Positions 28,050 through 37,547 of a stretch of 64,000 nucleotides of DNA are shown piece by piece. The notes below the pieces were generated by a model. It did no database searches. It had not been told where the DNA came from and saw only the letters and a list, made by a program, of their open reading frames with translations. The stretch lies in contig JACZXB010000002.1 of the NCBI GenBank assembly GCA_022571845.1, positions 173,925 through 237,924 of the forward strand, written 5' to 3'. The position numbers were made by a program, and so were the translations under genes. The first letter of the stretch is position 1. Each line of letters starts with the position of its first letter. This DNA is from Candidatus Zixiibacteriota bacterium (GTDB lineage: Bacteria > Zixibacteria > MSB-5A5 > GN15 > FEB-12).

Positions 28050-29401
28050 AGTTTATTGTTTTAGTGGTCGACGATGACAAACTTGTCAATGATTTTGTAG
28101 TAGAGTCATTGAACAGGGCAGGATATAGCTGTCAGACTGTAATGTCGGGGGAAGAGGCTATAATCGAAATAGAAGAGGCGCCGTTTGATGTCGTCCTGCT
28201 TGATTTGAAAATGAAAGGCATGGACGGCATTGAGACGTTAAAGCAGATAAAAAAACTCAGACCAGACACACATGTGGTAATGATGACGGCCTTCGGAACT
28301 GTGGAAACGGCAGTCAGGGCAATGAAATTTGGCGCCGCAGATTTTCTGCTCAAGCCGGTTTCACCAGAAACTCTGGAATTCAAATTGTCTCAACTCACCG
28401 AACTGATACAGTTAAAAGCAGACAACGAACAGATGCGGCTGGAACTTTTCAGCAAATTCCATAACATGATTGGCAAATCAAAAGTAATGCAGAATGTATT
28501 TGATCTGATTAATTCAATAGCCAACGCCCGCTCGACTGTGATGATAACAGGACCATCGGGAACCGGTAAGGAACTGGTTGCGCGCTCAATCCACTTACTT
28601 TCACAGAGAAGAAATAAGCCGTTTATTAAGCTAAACTGTGCTGCCCTACCTGAGAATCTGGTTGAAGCAGAGCTCTTTGGCTATGAAAAAGGCGCCTTTA
28701 CAGATGCCAAGAAAACTTCACGCGGCAGATTTGAACTGGCCGATGGAGGCAGCCTGCTGCTTGATGAAATCTCTGAAATGCCTTTGAATCTGCAGTCCAA
28801 GCTTTTGAGAGTAATTCAGGAAAGAGAATTTGAACGGGTCGGTTCAAGCGAGACAATATCAGTTGATGTCCGCCTGATTGCGACTTCCAATAGAAACTTA
28901 AAAGAATGCATCGCTCAGGGCATATTCCGGGAGGATCTCTATTTTCGCCTGAACGTCATTCCTGTAGTTTTACCTCCGCTTAGTGATCGGCTTGAAGATA
29001 TTCCACTTTTGGTTAAACATTTTTTTGAAAAATACAATGCAGAAAACAACAAGACTGTCAAATCAATAGATCAAGACGCTATGAGACTCCTGGTAAACTA
29101 TCACTGGCCTGGAAATATCCGGGAACTTGAAAATCTGATAGAAAGAGCGATCGTCACCTCTACCCGGGAAAATCTGACAGAGGATGATTTCCCTTCGGAA
29201 CTCTCTTTAGGTGTTCTTGCAGATGAAATGCCCAGTATTAAAATTCCTATGACTCTGGAAGAAGGCAACAAATTTTTGATTTTAAGAACTCTGGAAAAAT
29301 TTGGTGGTAATAAGACCAAAGCTGCTGAGGCTTTGGGCTGTACCGCCAGAACTATCAGGAATAAGCTGGCCGAATACCGGGTAGGCCAGAATATCAATTA
29401 G
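28046..29401 (+). CDS. sigma54-dependent response regulator (FleR/FlrC/FlgR-like)
   Basis: REC, GPSGTGKE, GAFTDA, LLLDEI, WPGNIREL, Fis-type HTH. Confidence 0.92.
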   Translation: MKFIVLVVDDDKLVNDFVVESLNRAGYSCQTVMSGEEAIIEIEEAPFDVVLLDLKMKGMDGIETLKQIKKLRPDTHVVMMTAFGTVETAVRAMKFGAADFLLKPVSPETLEFKLSQLTELIQLKADNEQMRLELFSKFHNMIGKSKVMQNVFDLINSIANARSTVMITGPSGTGKELVARSIHLLSQRRNKPFIKLNCAALPENLVEAELFGYEKGAFTDAKKTSRGRFELADGGSLLLDEISEMPLNLQSKLLRVIQEREFERVGSSETISVDVRLIATSNRNLKECIAQGIFREDLYFRLNVIPVVLPPLSDRLEDIPLLVKHFFEKYNAENNKTVKSIDQDAMRLLVNYHWPGNIRELENLIERAIVTSTRENLTEDDFPSELSLGVLADEMPSIKIPMTLEEGNKFLILRTLEKFGGNKTKAAEALGCTARTIRNKLAEYRVGQNIN

Positions 29402-29438
29402 CCTCTTTATCCCGGCGTTAAAATCCACTCTTGCGGGC

Positions 29439-29465
29439 TTGAAAGAGCCGGCTTTCTGCCGATAT
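29439..29465 (+). promoter_or_regulatory. sigma28-like promoter of motAB
   Basis: GCCGATAT (29458-65) with TTGA/TGAA 14-15 bp upstream. Confidence 0.55.
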
Positions 29466-29528
29466 ACAAGCAGACGGAAATTGTCGGCATTTTGATCAAT
29501 TAAACCACAGCTTTGGAACGACAAACAG

Positions 29529-30287
29529 ATGGATTTTGCAACAATTCTGGGCCTTATTATAGCCGTGGGGGCAATCCTGGGGGCGTTTACGCTTGAAGGT
29601 GGAAATATAAATGCCATTTTCATGGCTGGCCCGATTCTGATTGTCGTAGGCGGGACATTCGGCGCTACCATGATTACTACTTCCATGAAAACAGTTTTCA
29701 GTCTGCCCGCGTATCTGCGACTTGCCTTCACATCAATGTCACTGTCTACGCATTTAACCATTGAGCTAATTGTAAAGCTGGCTGAAAAGGCCAGACGCGA
29801 GGGTATTTTGGGCCTTGAATCGGACATGATGAAAGTAAAAGATAGATTCTTGAAAAAAGCAATGCAGTTGGTTATTGACGGCACCGAAGTATCCACTCTT
29901 AAAGAAATTCTCGACAGTGAAATGACATATCTTGAAGAGCGTCACAAAAAGGGGATAGACTTTTTCCAGAAAGCCGGCGGTTTCGCACCGACTATGGGGA
30001 TTTTGGGCACTGTTTTAGGTCTGGTGCATACTCTTGGTAACACAGATGATGCCGGCAAGATGGCGGCCGCAATTGCGGCAGCTTTCATTGCAACTCTCTG
30101 GGGTGTCGCACTGGCAAATGTCTTTTTGCTGCCAATCGCTGATAAATTGAGATTAAGGCATGAAGAAGAAATGTCACACTGGGAGCTTATCGCCGAAGGG
30201 GTTGTGGCTATTCAATCAGGAGATAACCCGCGTAATATTAAAACAAGACTGCACTGTTTTATTCCTCCTCACACCCGCGATGAATAG
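29529..30287 (+). CDS. motA: flagellar stator MotA
   Basis: ARREGILGLE, APTMGILGTVLGL, AFIATLWG. Confidence 0.95.
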   Translation: MDFATILGLIIAVGAILGAFTLEGGNINAIFMAGPILIVVGGTFGATMITTSMKTVFSLPAYLRLAFTSMSLSTHLTIELIVKLAEKARREGILGLESDMMKVKDRFLKKAMQLVIDGTEVSTLKEILDSEMTYLEERHKKGIDFFQKAGGFAPTMGILGTVLGLVHTLGNTDDAGKMAAAIAAAFIATLWGVALANVFLLPIADKLRLRHEEEMSHWELIAEGVVAIQSGDNPRNIKTRLHCFIPPHTRDE

Positions 30288-30292
30288 ATAAA

Positions 30293-31033
30293 ATGCCGCG
30301 TAAGAAAAGAAAAACATTTCATCACGATAACACCGATCGATGGCTGCTGACCTACGCTGATCTGATAACACTGCTGCTGGCGTTTTTTATCGTGATGTAT
30401 TCTATGTCGCGCCTTGATGCCAAAAAGTTTGGCGAAGTCACACAAGAGCTGCAGGCTGTACTAAAAGGCGGCAACAACGCTATCCTGAGATTTAAGGACA
30501 AACAATCATCAAAAGGGCAGGGGGTTCTCAAGCTGGGAAAATTAAAAATGCTGCAGCAGCTGATCGATAAAAAGTTTGAACAAATTGATAAACAGAAAAA
30601 AATTAAAACTGAAATAACCGAGCGAGGTCTGGTTGTTCATATTATGGAGACTGCTTTATTTAATGAAGGCTCGGAAAGGCTGCGCAATGCCGCTCTGGAT
30701 GTTCTTGATCTGATATATGAAGAGATAAAAAATACTAAAAATCATATCCGTATTGAAGGGCATACCGATGACCGGCCAATTAAGAATATTAACTTTACTT
30801 CAAACTGGGAGCTTTCGGTAGCCAGGGCTACTTCGGTTGTACAATACTTTGTCGAAAGTCACAACTTTCCTGCCGAGAGGATATCTGCTCTCGGTTACGG
30901 CGAATTTCGACCAATGGTGCCGAATACATCAATAGAAAATCGCGCCCAGAACCGCCGGGTAGATGTTGTCATTCTTACAGATCAACTTTCTATAAAAGAG
31001 CCTTCATCGTCACTTTATGATTTTAATGGCTAG
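30293..31033 (+). CDS. motB: flagellar stator MotB
   Basis: WLLTYADLITLLLAFFIVMY, EGHTD, NWELS.ARA, NRRV. Confidence 0.95.
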   Translation: MPRKKRKTFHHDNTDRWLLTYADLITLLLAFFIVMYSMSRLDAKKFGEVTQELQAVLKGGNNAILRFKDKQSSKGQGVLKLGKLKMLQQLIDKKFEQIDKQKKIKTEITERGLVVHIMETALFNEGSERLRNAALDVLDLIYEEIKNTKNHIRIEGHTDDRPIKNINFTSNWELSVARATSVVQYFVESHNFPAERISALGYGEFRPMVPNTSIENRAQNRRVDVVILTDQLSIKEPSSSLYDFNG

Positions 31034-31119
31034 GTAAGATTTTACCCCCTGCTCAGAAATTATTTCCATTACAGTCTCAAAATTCTATTCAATCACGCCT
31101 GGCCCTTTAGCGTAATTCC

Positions 31120-31260
31120 ATGGATGACAACACGTTAATGCGGCAACTCTGTTTTGGCACAATCGTTGCAATACTTCGAACTGAGAAACGATGGAGGACA
31201 ACACGCTAATGCAACTACTCTGTATTGCACAATCGTCGCAATACATCGAACTGATAAACT
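31120..31260 (+). repeat. ~70-bp imperfect tandem duplication
   Basis: Copy 1 at 31120-31190, copy 2 at 31191-31260 (ATGGAnGACAACACG...CACAATCGTnGCAATACnTCGAACTGAnAAAC). Confidence 0.9.
31155..31170 (+). promoter_or_regulatory. sigma54 promoter of the flgB operon
   Basis: TGGCAC-AATCG-TTGCA, an exact -24/-12 consensus. Confidence 0.85.
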
Positions 31261-31276
31261 TTGGATTCTATAAATT

Positions 31277-31690
31277 ATGATTAATAAGTTACAAAATTTT
31301 CTGTTTATAAAGAGCGGTGTTCCCAGGCTGGAGAACTATCTGAATCTGACCGCACTGCGCCATAAGCTAAAAGCAGGCAATGTGGCCAATGTCGCCACTC
31401 CGGGTTACAAGAGCCGCGATATTAGTTTCGAAGAAGAATTCAAAAAGCTAAACGGTTCAACTCAAGGACTCAAAGGAGAGTTGACCAACCCGGCTCATAT
31501 AGCATTGGGGCAGCACAAAAGCCGTCCTCCCAAAGTAGAAGAGACAGAGGTCGTCAAGGATGAGTTTAATTCGGTAGATATTGATATAGAGATTTCAGAA
31601 ATGGCCCAAAACGAACTTCTCTTTACGATTGGAGCCAGGCTCCTGCAAAGTAAATTTGATGGCATCAGAAAGGCTATAACCAGCAGGTAG
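31277..31690 (+). CDS. flgB: flagellar basal-body rod protein FlgB
   Basis: NVANVATPGYK..D..F; NSVDID.E. Confidence 0.9.
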   Translation: MINKLQNFLFIKSGVPRLENYLNLTALRHKLKAGNVANVATPGYKSRDISFEEEFKKLNGSTQGLKGELTNPAHIALGQHKSRPPKVEETEVVKDEFNSVDIDIEISEMAQNELLFTIGARLLQSKFDGIRKAITSR

Positions 31691-31698
31691 GATTAGAT

Positions 31699-32193
31699 AT
31701 GGCAGGAATTCTTAATGCAATAAAGGTTTCAGCGGCCGGGTTATCGGTACAACGTGCAAAAATGAATGCTGTTGCAGAAAACATCGCCAATGCTGAAACA
31801 ACCAAGACCAAAGCAGGCGGTCCGTACCGCCGTCAGTCTGTAGTTGTCAGTGAGAACCGCGAAAAACTAAGATTCAGTACGTTGATGCAAAAAGCAGGCA
31901 GCAAACTTCATCGCACAAATTCAAAGCATATGACAGGTGTCGGCCAAACAGCCAGCGGATCAATGGAAATCTCGAAGGCTCAATGGAAAACAGAACGAGC
32001 TGGCAATGATGCTTTTAAATTGATTTATGAGCCCAATCATCCGCACGCCGATGAAGACGGGTATGTCAAAATGCCTGATGTAGAAATTATTACTGAAATG
32101 GTAGATATGATGGCTGCTTCCAGAGCATACGAAGCAAACACAGTAGCTATCTCAGCTGCTAAGAATATGGCCAGCGAGGCGCTGGACATATAA
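31699..32193 (+). CDS. flgC: flagellar basal-body rod protein FlgC
   Basis: ENIANAETT, GPYRR, HPHAD..GYV..P, ASRAYEAN. Confidence 0.95.
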   Translation: MAGILNAIKVSAAGLSVQRAKMNAVAENIANAETTKTKAGGPYRRQSVVVSENREKLRFSTLMQKAGSKLHRTNSKHMTGVGQTASGSMEISKAQWKTERAGNDAFKLIYEPNHPHADEDGYVKMPDVEIITEMVDMMAASRAYEANTVAISAAKNMASEALDI

Positions 32194-32210
32194 ACTTTTA
32201 GAGGACAAAG

Positions 32211-32540
32211 ATGAAGATTAGCCCAATAGGAATTAGCGCTTATCAACACGTTCAAAACATAAATAACTTAGATGGCGCCAACAAGCAGCAGGAGGTGACG
32301 GATAAGGTCAGTTCAAAACTGACAATCAGCCCTCAGCAGGAGAACGCAATTTCTGCAGTATCAATCAAGCCGTCTACGGTTATTGCCGAAAACGTCCTGA
32401 ACGGTTCTGAAAAGGCAGCCCTGGACCAGCTGATAAAAGTCATAAGTGAAAACAGCGTCTCGAAACTCGGCTATTCCAGAAATGATAGAAATATAGAATC
32501 GCCCGAAGCAGTCGGGAAGATTATTGACGTTAAGGTATAA
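32211..32540 (+). CDS. hypothetical flagellar-operon protein
   Basis: 109-aa ORF with GAGGA RBS between flgC and fliE; ends GKIIDVKV. Confidence 0.7.
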   Translation: MKISPIGISAYQHVQNINNLDGANKQQEVTDKVSSKLTISPQQENAISAVSIKPSTVIAENVLNGSEKAALDQLIKVISENSVSKLGYSRNDRNIESPEAVGKIIDVKV

Positions 32541-32543
32541 AAA

Positions 32544-32864
32544 ATGTCTGAAGGTTCAATAAATAGCATAAAATTGATTCCCGGTTTAGCTGACCAGATA
32601 ATGGTTGTAAAGCCCGGCATTGAAGCCGTCAGCCCGGAGTCAAAAGCAGAGTTTGGAGAACTCTTAACAGATTTGATAAATTCGGTCAACCAGTTGCATA
32701 CTGAATCCGGCCAGGCGCAGGAGGCGCTGATGAATGGTGACCCGGTGGAACTCCATCAGGTCATGATAAAGGCCGAAGAGGCCGGACTGGCCACCGATTT
32801 GTTACTGGAAATCAGAAACAGACTGATTAGTGCCTATAATGAACTGATTAGAATGCCAATCTAA
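32544..32864 (+). CDS. fliE: flagellar hook-basal body protein FliE
   Basis: LHQVMI, EIRNRLISAYNELIRMPI. Confidence 0.93.
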   Translation: MSEGSINSIKLIPGLADQIMVVKPGIEAVSPESKAEFGELLTDLINSVNQLHTESGQAQEALMNGDPVELHQVMIKAEEAGLATDLLLEIRNRLISAYNELIRMPI

Positions 32865-32931
32865 ATAGGATTTTTGGATAGGCTGATGTGACAATAGGAT
32901 GTCGCATCAATACATATAGATAGGAACTTAA

Positions 32932-34491
32932 ATGGAACAGCTTAAGGCGTTCTGGGAAAATTTGATGGCCTACGTTGGCCAGATGACTGCCAGCCAGGTG
33001 ATGCTGCTGTTTGGTATTACAGCAGGATCTATCGTTGGTATAGTCTTTATGGTCGGCTGGCTCAGCAGTGTTACATACTCACGTCTATATTCTAATCTCA
33101 GCGAAGAAGCATCGGGCGAGATAATTACTTATCTTAACGATAACAAAATTCCTTTCACAATCTCTCAAAGAGGCCGCGCTATAGATGTGCCTTCTGATAA
33201 AGTCTACCAGACCAGAATAAGTCTGGCCTCAGAAGGACTGCCCAACGCAGGGTATTTGGGGTATTCTATCTTTGACCAGAATCAACTTGGTATGACGGAT
33301 TTTCTACAAAATCTGAATTTCCGCCGCGCCCTTGAGGGAGAGCTGACTCGTACCATCATTCAGTTGGAAGAAGTCTCTGCTGCCAGAGTTCACCTGGTTA
33401 TGCCCAAAGATAGACTGTTTAAGAAAGACCAAAACCAAACCACAGCTTCGGTTGTTCTCAAACTAAAAGGACAGAGCGGCCTGTCGGGTATGCAGATTAA
33501 CGGTATAACTCATCTGGTTGCTTCGTCTGTTGAAGGCTTAACTCCTGATAAGATTACAATCGTTGACTACAATGGCAATCTGTTATCATCCGGACAGCAA
33601 CATGACCCTCTGGCGGGATTGTCGTCATCACAGCTTCAGGTTCGTAAGAATGTAGAACAATACCTTGAAGAGAAGGCAGAATCTATGCTGGCCACCGTGC
33701 TGGGTGTCGGCAAAGCGGTTGTTCGTATAACTGTTGACCTTAATTTTCAGCAGGTTGAACGGACCGCGGAGACATATGATCCCAATACGCCTTCTATACG
33801 AAGCGAAGAAAAAACACGCGCCACAAATAGTTCAATAGATAAACAGGAAGAATCTGCTGAAAACGAGGAAGAGTCGTCAACAGAAACGACCATTACAAAC
33901 TATGAACTTAACAAAACCGTTGAGCACATCGTCAACGCGGTTGGTACAGTTGACCGGCTATCTATCGCAGTAATGATTGATGGCATTTACGTTCCAGCTG
34001 ACGAAGAGGGCGGCGAACCCGTATATCAGCCTCGTAGTCAGGAAGAACTCGATAGACTTTCTTCGATAGTCAGAAATGCAGTAGGCTTTGACCAGCAGAG
34101 AAGCGACCAGATAGAAATGTTTAACATTTCCTTTGACCGCCAATCGTTAGAAGTCGACCAGACAGCTCTGGACTCAATGTACATGAGAGAATTCATCCTG
34201 GAGATCGCTCAAAAGGTTGGAACTGTGCTCTTGTTCGTATTCTTGTTCTTCTTTGTAAAGAAACGAGTTAAAAAGTTCTTTGAAGTGTTGGGCAAATTTA
34301 CAATTCCTTCTCAACCGGTAAGAGTTGCCAGCACTGGAGCGACACAAGTTGCGCCTATAAAGCAAGCGCCGGAGGTTCAGCCGATTGTAGCAGAAAAGCG
34401 CGAACCAACTCTGATTGACCAAATGCAGGAAACCGCCAAAGGTGAACCGGAAGAAATAGCAAAAGTAATTAAAACAATAATGGTTGACTAA
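32932..34491 (+). CDS. fliF: flagellar MS-ring protein FliF
   Basis: RALEGELTRTI, ARVHLV, ASVVL, LVASSVEGL, two TMs. Confidence 0.95.
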   Translation: MEQLKAFWENLMAYVGQMTASQVMLLFGITAGSIVGIVFMVGWLSSVTYSRLYSNLSEEASGEIITYLNDNKIPFTISQRGRAIDVPSDKVYQTRISLASEGLPNAGYLGYSIFDQNQLGMTDFLQNLNFRRALEGELTRTIIQLEEVSAARVHLVMPKDRLFKKDQNQTTASVVLKLKGQSGLSGMQINGITHLVASSVEGLTPDKITIVDYNGNLLSSGQQHDPLAGLSSSQLQVRKNVEQYLEEKAESMLATVLGVGKAVVRITVDLNFQQVERTAETYDPNTPSIRSEEKTRATNSSIDKQEESAENEEESSTETTITNYELNKTVEHIVNAVGTVDRLSIAVMIDGIYVPADEEGGEPVYQPRSQEELDRLSSIVRNAVGFDQQRSDQIEMFNISFDRQSLEVDQTALDSMYMREFILEIAQKVGTVLLFVFLFFFVKKRVKKFFEVLGKFTIPSQPVRVASTGATQVAPIKQAPEVQPIVAEKREPTLIDQMQETAKGEPEEIAKVIKTIMVD

Positions 34492-34493
34492 TT

Positions 34494-35513
34494 ATGCCCG
34501 AAATGGAATATGAAAAATTAAGTTCGATGCAGAAAGCGGCAGTGGCTCTAATCGCATTTGGGGCAGAAGTCTCAGCCTTGGTTCTCAAGGGAATGAATGA
34601 AAAGGACCTTGAACGTATTACGATAGAAATTGCGAACATGCGTGACGTGCCGGCTGATATAGAAAAAAGGGTCATTGAAGATTGCCACGATATCTTTATA
34701 GCCAGGCAATACATTTCTCAGGGAGGTGTGGATTTCGCCAAAACTATTTTGGAAAAGGCAGTAGGTCCAACCAGGGCCAAAGAAATACTTAGCAGACTGG
34801 AATCATCGCTTTATTCAAAAGGCTTTTCGTTGCTGAAAGATATTGACCCCAAGCAACTTTCCCAATTCCTGCAAAGTGAACATCCGCAGACAATCTCATT
34901 GATTCTAACTCAGCTGGCGCCGGCACATTCTGCTTCCGTACTGAGTGAATTTGCCGGAGAGCTTCAGGCCGAAGTTGCTTTGCGAATTGCGACAATGGAA
35001 AAAATTGCGCCGGAAATTCTCGGTGAGATTGAGCAAACACTTGAAGGTCACTTCGAAAAGGGAGGTTCATCCAGCATGTCAGCGACTGGCGGAGCCAAAG
35101 CTATGGCAGAACTGTTGAATCTGATGGATACAACTGCGGAAAAAAATATCATGCTCTCGCTGGAGGCTGATGATGCCGATTTGGCTGCGGAAATCAAGAA
35201 TATGATGTTTGTCTTTGATGATATCGTACTGCTTGATGACCGTTCCGTTCAGAAAGTTCTCAAAGAAGTTGAAACAAAAGACCTTTCGATTGCTCTTAAA
35301 GCCACCAGTGATGAAGTTAAAAATAAAATCTTTAGCAATGTTTCAGAGCGCGTATCTAAGATGGTCGCAGAAGAGATGGAATACATGGGGCCTACCAGAC
35401 TCAGCGATGTGGAAACAGCACAATCCCGCATTGTGGAAGTTATCAGAAGACTCGAAGATGAAGGTCAGATATTTATTTCCGGCCGCGGTGGCAAAGAGGA
35501 TATCATTGTCTAA
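34494..35513 (+). CDS. fliG: flagellar motor switch protein FliG
   Basis: QKAA, GG, EHPQT, MFVFDD, MGPTRLSDVE. Confidence 0.96.
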   Translation: MPEMEYEKLSSMQKAAVALIAFGAEVSALVLKGMNEKDLERITIEIANMRDVPADIEKRVIEDCHDIFIARQYISQGGVDFAKTILEKAVGPTRAKEILSRLESSLYSKGFSLLKDIDPKQLSQFLQSEHPQTISLILTQLAPAHSASVLSEFAGELQAEVALRIATMEKIAPEILGEIEQTLEGHFEKGGSSSMSATGGAKAMAELLNLMDTTAEKNIMLSLEADDADLAAEIKNMMFVFDDIVLLDDRSVQKVLKEVETKDLSIALKATSDEVKNKIFSNVSERVSKMVAEEMEYMGPTRLSDVETAQSRIVEVIRRLEDEGQIFISGRGGKEDIIV

Positions 35514-36198
35514 AGTTGTCAGGATCACACAAGAAGCTCCTGTGGTTTACATCGGTGACAAGAGACTTGACATTGAAAAAGATGCCGAATCTGTGTCGAT
35601 TCTCAGGCACGTTTTTCCTGAGGTTCGTGTTGAAACTGCTGCCGACGGTATCAAATTGATACCTGCCCGCGAAATACTCAAAATAAACCAGGTACTGACG
35701 CATGAAAAAGAGCTTTCTGAAAAATCAGGCCGAGAGCAAGGTTACCAACAAGGGCTAAAAGAAGGACTTGCAGAGGCAGAAAGAGTGCTGCATGATTTTG
35801 AAAGTGCGATTTCTACTGCCATAAACGAAAGACAGCGGCTTTTCGAAGATGCCAAATCTAACATTCTCTCACTGGTGATGCAAATCAGCCGCAAAGTTAC
35901 CTTTGACGCTATCTCGGTTGACCCGGAAGCGACTCTACACATTATTAGCAAAGTAGTTGATAGTCTGGTAGACAAAAGTTTTATTAAAATTAAAGTCAAT
36001 CCGAACCATCTACCCATTGTCGAGCAAAACATTGACAAATTTTTAAAGAATAATTCTACAATTAAAGAAATCAAAATAGAACCTGACAGCAGAGTAGATT
36101 TCGGGGGCTGTCTGATAGAAACGCCTACCGGAGATATCGACGCCAGGATTGATTCTCAGCTTAATTCAATTGAACAGACACTAATTTCAGAGGAATAA
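35506..36198 (+). CDS. fliH: flagellar assembly protein FliH
   Basis: G-xxx-G repeats (GREQGYQQGLKEG), VNP, GGCLIET..G.IDA. Start reset to TTG 35506 behind AGAGGA. Confidence 0.88.
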   Translation: MSKVVRITQEAPVVYIGDKRLDIEKDAESVSILRHVFPEVRVETAADGIKLIPAREILKINQVLTHEKELSEKSGREQGYQQGLKEGLAEAERVLHDFESAISTAINERQRLFEDAKSNILSLVMQISRKVTFDAISVDPEATLHIISKVVDSLVDKSFIKIKVNPNHLPIVEQNIDKFLKNNSTIKEIKIEPDSRVDFGGCLIETPTGDIDARIDSQLNSIEQTLISEE

Positions 36199-36203
36199 AA
36201 CTC

Positions 36204-37547
36204 TTGGCGCAAATTGCCTATCAGATGTATGCCGAAAGAATTGACCAGCTTAATCCTATAAAGCATTACGGCAAAGTTACCAAAGTGATCGGACTGGTCG
36301 TAGAATCAGCAGGGCCGGCGGTATCGATCGGCAGACTCTGTACAATAGAGAGCAAAGAGAACGGCACCAGAATAAAAGCCGAAGTAGTAGGATTCAGAGA
36401 CGACCGCATCGTACTCATGCCGCTCGGACCTATTACCGGAATAACTCCCGGTTCTATTGTGACTTCAAATTATGAGGAGCTCAGGGTTCCTGTCGGTAAA
36501 GAATTGATCGGTCGTGTACTGGGAGGACTGGGACAGCCTATAGACGACCTCGGCCCGATTGAAAGTTCAACGACGGTAGCTGTCAACAATAAGCCGATTC
36601 CTGCACTAAGACGGCGCAAAATCACCAATAGACTACTAACCGGAATTAAATCAATTGATTTAACTATGAGCGTAGCTCAGGGTCAGCGCTTAGGAATTTT
36701 TGCAGGCTCCGGCATTGGAAAATCGATAATGCTGGGCATGATGGCCAGAGGAACATCGGCAGACATTAATGTAATTGCTTTAATAGGGGAACGTGGTCGA
36801 GAAGTGCGAGAGTTTATCGAAAATGACCTGGGTCCGGAGGGAATGAAAAACTCTATAGTAGTGGCGGTTACCTCAGATGAACCGCCTCTGATTAGAATCA
36901 AGGGTGCCATGGTGGCGACAGCCATAGCAGAATATTTCAGAGACCAGGGCAAAAATGTTTTACTGTTGTTTGATTCCTTGACCAGAGTTTCAATGGCGCA
37001 GCGAGAAATAGGCATAGCAGCAGGTGAGCCGCCGACAACAAAAGGATACACGCCTTCGGTCTTTGCCATGCTTCCGGCTTTGCTTGAGCGGGCCGGGCTA
37101 TCGCAAAAAGGCTCAATAACAGGATTTTATGCGGTCCTGGTCGAAGGTGATGACTTCAATGAACCAATCGCAGACGCAGTGCGCTCTATTTTGGATGGCC
37201 ACGTAACACTCTCGCGTAAAATGGCCTCACTCAATCAATATCCGGCTATTGATATTCTGGATTCAGTCAGTCGCTTGATGAAAAATGTTTCAACAGATGA
37301 AGAGATGGAAATTGCAGCTCAGACCAGAAAGGTCATAGCCATCTATCGTGAAGCAGAAGACCTGATAAATATAGGAGCTTATGTTAAGGGTTCGAATCCT
37401 GAAATTGATGATGCCATCATAAAGAACAGAAAGCTTCTGGATTTTTTCCGCCAGGGAATCAACGAAATAGATGACTACGAAACGTCATATCAATACCTCA
37501 AAGAAATATTTAAACCTGCAGAAACAGGGACCAATGAAAAAGTTTAA
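36204..37547 (+). CDS. fliI: flagellar export ATPase FliI
   Basis: GIFAGSGIGKS, IGERGREV, DSLTR, GEPP, YPAID. Confidence 0.95.
   Translation: MAQIAYQMYAERIDQLNPIKHYGKVTKVIGLVVESAGPAVSIGRLCTIESKENGTRIKAEVVGFRDDRIVLMPLGPITGITPGSIVTSNYEELRVPVGKELIGRVLGGLGQPIDDLGPIESSTTVAVNNKPIPALRRRKITNRLLTGIKSIDLTMSVAQGQRLGIFAGSGIGKSIMLGMMARGTSADINVIALIGERGREVREFIENDLGPEGMKNSIVVAVTSDEPPLIRIKGAMVATAIAEYFRDQGKNVLLLFDSLTRVSMAQREIGIAAGEPPTTKGYTPSVFAMLPALLERAGLSQKGSITGFYAVLVEGDDFNEPIADAVRSILDGHVTLSRKMASLNQYPAIDILDSVSRLMKNVSTDEEMEIAAQTRKVIAIYREAEDLINIGAYVKGSNPEIDDAIIKNRKLLDFFRQGINEIDDYETSYQYLKEIFKPAETGTNEKV

Noticed and set aside
29513-29540. sigma54 promoter before motA (TGGAAC...)
   Set aside because: No TGC at the required -12 spacing; a sigma28-like site fits better.
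31120-31260. CRISPR array
   Set aside because: Only two contiguous ~70-bp copies with no spacer and no cas genes.
35209-35505. 99-aa N-terminal extension of FliH from the ORF track
   Set aside because: It overlaps fliG out of frame; the real start is TTG 35506 with an RBS.
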